Source: Bdellovibrionales bacterium (lineage in GTDB: Bacteria; Bdellovibrionota; Bdellovibrionia; Bdellovibrionales; UBA1609). Taken from it: a stretch of 64,000 nt of DNA. The stretch covers positions 274,168 through 338,167 of the forward strand of contig JAWLHR010000001.1 in NCBI GenBank assembly GCA_041690295.1, read 5' to 3'. The notes below the pieces were generated by a model. It saw only the letters and a program-made list of their open reading frames with translations, did no database searches and was not told the DNA's origin. Positions 59,961 to 64,000 of this stretch are shown here, in pieces; within the stretch, counting starts at the first letter, position 1, and every line of letters starts with the position of its first letter. The translations under genes were made by a program, and so were the position numbers.

Positions 59961-61952
59961 CTAATGGCGCACGAGAAAATCATGCGTCTGCAGAATCCCC
60001 AACTCTTCCGGCCTAAGCATTCGAGCTATACCATGACCTCGACGTCTATAATAGTAGCTGGTGTTCCGGATAAACGCTTCAAATGGCATTTTATGAGTGT
60101 CGGGTAAAGCGCATTGGAAATAAAATTCGGATTTCTTGGGCTCGAGCATCACCCCTGTGTTGATCGTCTTTTGCCAATCATGGTCAAATTCACCGAACAC
60201 CGGGTATTCGCGGCCATGCTTAATCCAAAGCTTGTCATTTAACTCAAAAAGTTCTTCGTCATTGATATTGAACCGGCTTCGGCAAAATTCCCTTAAAAAT
60301 CGCTCGAATTCGCTCCGTTGCACTTGAGCGGCGATGGCGACAAATCTTTCGTATCGTGTGTAACGAGCGCCGAGGAACTCAAAATACTTCTTCGTGGTCT
60401 CCCGGCTGACATAAATATTAATCCAACCTGAACGCACGCTGTTCATCATTTCCTCGTCGAGCGCCTTGAGAATGCCATTCAGAAAAAAGGAATCATCCCT
60501 CCGGACTGCTTCCATAAAAGAGGAATAGAAGTCCCTAACCGGGATCTGATATTTATAATAAAGGCCCATGGCCAAACCATAAGTTCCGCCCAAAAGGTGA
60601 AGTCCCGTGGCGATATGGCTTTCCACCCAAGCTTCGCGCCACTTGTCGTTTGGAAGCGTATTGGTGGCGATGACATACTCTGAAGTTTCAATCAGTTCCG
60701 GATCCGGAATCAGGCTGAAATTGTCATGCATGCTGCCCGGTAGGGTTTTAAATCCATACCGTTCGCGTGATTCAGGACTCGCCAATTCGGTATTTGGTAT
60801 CAGAACTAAAATATTCACGTCGATCGACGTGTATCGCGCACGCTCCAGACTATCGTAAATACCGGTTAAGAAGGACTCCTTGGTCTCGTGTGGTAAACCC
60901 AAGATCAACTGATTGTAATAGGCGAACTGATTCTGACTGAATTGGCTCGCGATCTCTCGAACCTGAGTCGGGTCGAGATTCTTCCGCTTCACCGCCTTGA
61001 GAGTTTCGGGATTCTCCGATTGGGTGGCAAGCGTAATGCCCTCGAGAAGACCGACGTTATGCCGTTTACGAGCGATCGAAACGACTCTTCGAGGGCTGCT
61101 CTTCGCCCAGGTGAGCATCAGTTTATGCGGATAACCTGTCTTTTGTTTTATTTCGACGATCCGATCAGCGAGCTTTTCATCCATATCGGAAATTCCAAAG
61201 TTGGCGTCGGTGAAATAAAGATGCCGCAGTTTGGTTTTTTCGAACCAGTCTAATTCCTGATAAATTTTATGGCTGAAGGATTTGATTTTCGATTGAGTCA
61301 GCGAGCCCCAGTTGCAAAAACCGCATTGGTAAGGGCAACCTCGATTGGATTCAAAGATGGCGGTCCATTGGTCCGAGCCATTGATCATCTCGTCGAACAA
61401 ACCCATCGTGTAGGGGCTTGGCAGTTGGCTTAAATCTTTGATCCTCGGGCGCGGGCTGTTTTTCTTGATGTCGCCACCTGGTTCCCGGTAAGTGATCCCA
61501 AGGACTGAACTCAAACTTTTTTCGCGCGAACGTAAAGTTCGGAGAATCTCAAGAAAGGTCACTTCACCTTCGCCGTGCGCCGCGATATCAACTTGCGGAT
61601 GGTTTCGAAGAAATTCTACCCCCTCATCGGGAACATCCGGCCCGCCGAAAATGATGGTGCACTTTGGGTATCTCGCTTTGATCAATTCGGCTAATTTGAG
61701 ATTCCATCGCGTGTTCCAACAGTAAGACGAAAATCCGACAACCGTCGGATTTACGACTTTTTCAATCGCCTCATTCACCGGTTCGCGCAACGCAAAAAGA
61801 CCGCCCAGATCATAGGTCTCGCGAATATCATCAAACTTATGCGCGTAAGCCCACAATGTCGCGGCTGAGTAGGGCAGGTAATTCACATTCCCCGGAAAGT
61901 AGACCTTGAATAGATAAACGGACTTACGCTTTCTCGGCCACAGCCACTTCAT
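59961..61952 (-). CDS. Cobalamin-dependent radical SAM enzyme
   Basis: LPYSAATL, GFSSYCWN, IIFGGPD, HGEGE, ESNRGCPYQCGFCNWG, TDANFG, ILGLPHET. Confidence 0.92.
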   Translation of the reverse strand: MKWLWPRKRKSVYLFKVYFPGNVNYLPYSAATLWAYAHKFDDIRETYDLGGLFALREPVNEAIEKVVNPTVVGFSSYCWNTRWNLKLAELIKARYPKCTIIFGGPDVPDEGVEFLRNHPQVDIAAHGEGEVTFLEILRTLRSREKSLSSVLGITYREPGGDIKKNSPRPRIKDLSQLPSPYTMGLFDEMINGSDQWTAIFESNRGCPYQCGFCNWGSLTQSKIKSFSHKIYQELDWFEKTKLRHLYFTDANFGISDMDEKLADRIVEIKQKTGYPHKLMLTWAKSSPRRVVSIARKRHNVGLLEGITLATQSENPETLKAVKRKNLDPTQVREIASQFSQNQFAYYNQLILGLPHETKESFLTGIYDSLERARYTSIDVNILVLIPNTELASPESRERYGFKTLPGSMHDNFSLIPDPELIETSEYVIATNTLPNDKWREAWVESHIATGLHLLGGTYGLAMGLYYKYQIPVRDFYSSFMEAVRRDDSFFLNGILKALDEEMMNSVRSGWINIYVSRETTKKYFEFLGARYTRYERFVAIAAQVQRSEFERFLREFCRSRFNINDEELFELNDKLWIKHGREYPVFGEFDHDWQKTINTGVMLEPKKSEFYFQCALPDTHKMPFEAFIRNTSYYYRRRGHGIARMLRPEELGILQTHDFLVRH

Positions 61953-62167
61953 ATTTACTCACTCTATCTGGGAGGTAATTATTCTATGTTAAACTCTTGC
62001 GGACACAAGCAGAATCTAACCGCATGACGGGACCAGATTAACGGAAATTTACCGCCCGCCTCAGCGCGTCCATCCACGGTTGAATTTTCAGTTAATTTAC
62101 AGGTGATTCAGAACACTCTTTTCGTTACAAAATCGGCATTCGTTAAACAACACAGAAAGGACCAAAG

Positions 62168-62710
62168 ATGAAAGTGGCAACACTTGCGTTTTTCTTATTA
62201 TTTAATCCTCTCTCTTGGGCCGAACAGTTGGACGAAGAGATCTATCTGGCGGGGGAAGAGGAACTCTCTTGTCTCGAATGCATGTTTCCAAGCTGGGAGA
62301 GTTGGATCGAAGAGGCCGGGACGCGCAATAAATGTGTTTATCCAGTCAAGGGCGGCGGCCGTGTGATTTCAAAGCTTGGTGATCCGCGCGGACGGCGCCG
62401 GCATATGGGAGTTGATATCAAAGCGCCCATGAATCGCCAGGTGGTGGCCGCATGGGGCGGCAAAGTTGTTTCCGCCGGATATCATCGTCGAGCGGGTTAT
62501 GCGGTGAAGATCGTGCACCCCAACGGTTACAAAACCTACTACGCTCACCTGAATGGACACCCTCACGTTTCCCGCGGTCAGCACGTGAAGGCCGGCCAGA
62601 AAATCGGTTTGGTTGGCATGTCCGGCAATGCCAAAGGAACCGTCCCTCATTTGCACTTCGAAGTGCACTCCCATTCGGGACATGTGCTGAATCCGCTCCA
62701 TTTCTTTTAA
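62168..62710 (+). CDS. Secreted M23 metallopeptidase
   Basis: HMGVD, YAHL, PHLHFE; signal peptide. Confidence 0.92.
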   Translation: MKVATLAFFLLFNPLSWAEQLDEEIYLAGEEELSCLECMFPSWESWIEEAGTRNKCVYPVKGGGRVISKLGDPRGRRRHMGVDIKAPMNRQVVAAWGGKVVSAGYHRRAGYAVKIVHPNGYKTYYAHLNGHPHVSRGQHVKAGQKIGLVGMSGNAKGTVPHLHFEVHSHSGHVLNPLHFF

Positions 62711-62756
62711 ATTGAAAGACCGTTGGCGGCCGCTGGAACTGGGTGGCCCGCCAATT

Positions 62757-62772
62757 CGGCATACCGCTTGCT
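62757..62772 (+). promoter_or_regulatory. Sigma-54 -24/-12 promoter candidate
   Basis: CGGCAT-ACCGC-TTGCT upstream of the 62806 start. Confidence 0.55.
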
Positions 62773-62805
62773 TTGCAATGTCCCATTCGCAAGCGGAGTC
62801 CGCGA

Positions 62806-63480
62806 ATGTTCCGAATCTGCCCGTTTTTGCCGATCCTCGTCCTTTCTTTGGTCCTTCCCCTCGCTCCCGTTAAAACTCAGGCCTCATTCAAACGCCGATT
62901 CACCGAGTACTGCGCTTCATTTCTCGAGCGTTACAAAATCATTCCGATTTTCGGCCGGAGAATTCCGCGGGATTTAAGCGCGGATGAGTTCTGGACAAAT
63001 GATCCGGGTTTTCTAATTTCCTTTTCCAAATGGTCCAACATGACCCGTAACCGCTGGATGGGTGTGCGCTATTTTCCGGGGACCAAGAGTCCAGGCCTTA
63101 GCGTCGTGATCGATTTGGAAGTCCGCCGGTTTAACGTCAAACTTCACGGGGATCACGGAATTTTACCCAATGTCAGAAGGATCGCCTGGAGTTTGGCGGA
63201 AGCGAAGAATCTCTATTCCTTCGATCAGACCCCGCAAACCCGCATCACTCGTGAAAATGATGTGGTTGTGGAATCGTTGGAATTCTCACCATCCGCTCTA
63301 TATTTCGCGCGAATCCTGATCGAGATGCGAGAGATAAACTCTTTTAGTAAACCAATTAAACTCGATCCGGCGGACACCGGTTTTCTAAGGGCATGGTTCG
63401 AAACTCACTTTAAGCAAGATGAATTGGTTTGGCAGTCCATCATACGATTCCACGAAATCGTCCACGATTTGAGTCCTTGA
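62806..63480 (+). CDS. Secreted hypothetical protein
   Basis: GGAG SD; signal peptide ending TQA. Confidence 0.6.
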   Translation: MFRICPFLPILVLSLVLPLAPVKTQASFKRRFTEYCASFLERYKIIPIFGRRIPRDLSADEFWTNDPGFLISFSKWSNMTRNRWMGVRYFPGTKSPGLSVVIDLEVRRFNVKLHGDHGILPNVRRIAWSLAEAKNLYSFDQTPQTRITRENDVVVESLEFSPSALYFARILIEMREINSFSKPIKLDPADTGFLRAWFETHFKQDELVWQSIIRFHEIVHDLSP

Positions 63481-63524
63481 TTTTTAACCCTATCCCTGCT
63501 TGCCTGAATGAGAGGGGGTCTCTC

Positions 63525-63821
63525 ATGAAGGGAATGACTTTACTTTTGATAGGAATCTTTTTGAGTGCCGGTGCCGCCTTCGCCGAGGGCGAATTCTGCA
63601 CGGTCCAACGCTATATCAAAAATTACACATCTTTATACGCTTGCCGCCAGTATGACCAAGCCAAGTTCGACGAAAGAGCCGCGACGGACGCGCGCGAGCT
63701 CGAAACTGAACTGGGCGACGGTTACCGCTGCACCTTCGAACCGATCACTTTGATCACCTGCCGCCAACACTTCAAACGTTTCGTGCAATCCCAAACCTTC
63801 GAAATCTGCTGTGACAAATAG
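63525..63821 (+). CDS. Small secreted six-Cys protein
   Basis: Signal peptide AFA; six Cys in the mature part. Confidence 0.7.
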   Translation: MKGMTLLLIGIFLSAGAAFAEGEFCTVQRYIKNYTSLYACRQYDQAKFDERAATDARELETELGDGYRCTFEPITLITCRQHFKRFVQSQTFEICCDK

Positions 63822-63847
63822 CGGGCGCGCTCGGATATGAGCTGTGC

Positions 63848-64000
63848 CTATGGAATGGACCCGCCCCTTGTCTGACATACATTAATGTCAATTTGCGGTA
63901 TTCTAGGTACCAAATAAGTTATCGCACTTATTAGCAAGGGGAGGAGTCCGAAATGAAAGTTACAACATTGGGAATAGATTTGGCAAAACGAACATTTCAA
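63848..64000 (+). mobile_element. Left end of an IS110-family (IS1111-like) insertion sequence
   Basis: Subterminal repeat ATGGACCCGCCCCTTG with an inverted internal copy CAAGGGGAGGAGTCC before the transposase start; exact left boundary uncertain. Confidence 0.75.
63953..64000 (+). CDS. IS110-family DEDD transposase/recombinase, N-terminus (truncated by the window edge)
   Basis: MKVTTLGIDLAKRTFQ is the classic GIDLAK..FQ start; GGAGG SD. Confidence 0.85.
   Translation, partial: MKVTTLGIDLAKRTFQ

Noticed and set aside
45029..61952. Prophage
   Set aside because: No capsid, terminase, tail, integrase or replication genes despite the phage-like enzyme families
61986..62027. 13-aa ORF MLNSCGHKQNLTA after GGAGG as a RiPP precursor
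   Set aside because: Very short, no leader/core structure, lies in a divergent promoter region; likely chance
1..64000. CRISPR array or long tandem DNA repeats
   Set aside because: No regularly spaced repeats or cas genes seen on reading; intergenic gaps are short

Overview
Chromosomal window of a Bdellovibrionota-like bacterium. The taxon is inferred from gene content: an FQNC-type lipoprotein, a stand-alone motAB pair, a tolQRAB-glnE arrangement and many orphan secreted Cys-rich proteins. The first ~18 kb is housekeeping: rrf2-sufBCDS, tolQRAB, glnE, motAB with a cNMP-binding protein, an epimerase with mtgA, and dusB. From 18 to 45 kb lies a patchwork of orphan exported proteins (metallopeptidase-like, Fn3/OMP/NHL trio, GH19 hydrolase plus partner, YHYH-MORN-SCO trio, trypsin-like protease, signal-peptide methyltransferase), stress genes, a homospermidine-synthase-like gene with a SAM-I-like leader, and tRNA-Ser(CGA). 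Several of the orphan genes carry sigma-54-type promoter motifs. The most unusual part is ~45-62 kb: two substrate-binding-protein ABC importers and a porin interleaved with two cobalamin-dependent radical SAM enzymes, an asparagine-synthetase-like and a second PP-loop ATPase, a 2OG-Fe(II)-like oxygenase, a GT-A-like protein, a divergent TylF methyltransferase and a Tat-signal protein. It has no scaffold-building enzyme or evident precursor peptide. The window ends in the left end of an IS110/IS1111-type element. No CRISPR array or rRNA was seen. All calls come from motif reading; no database search was run.
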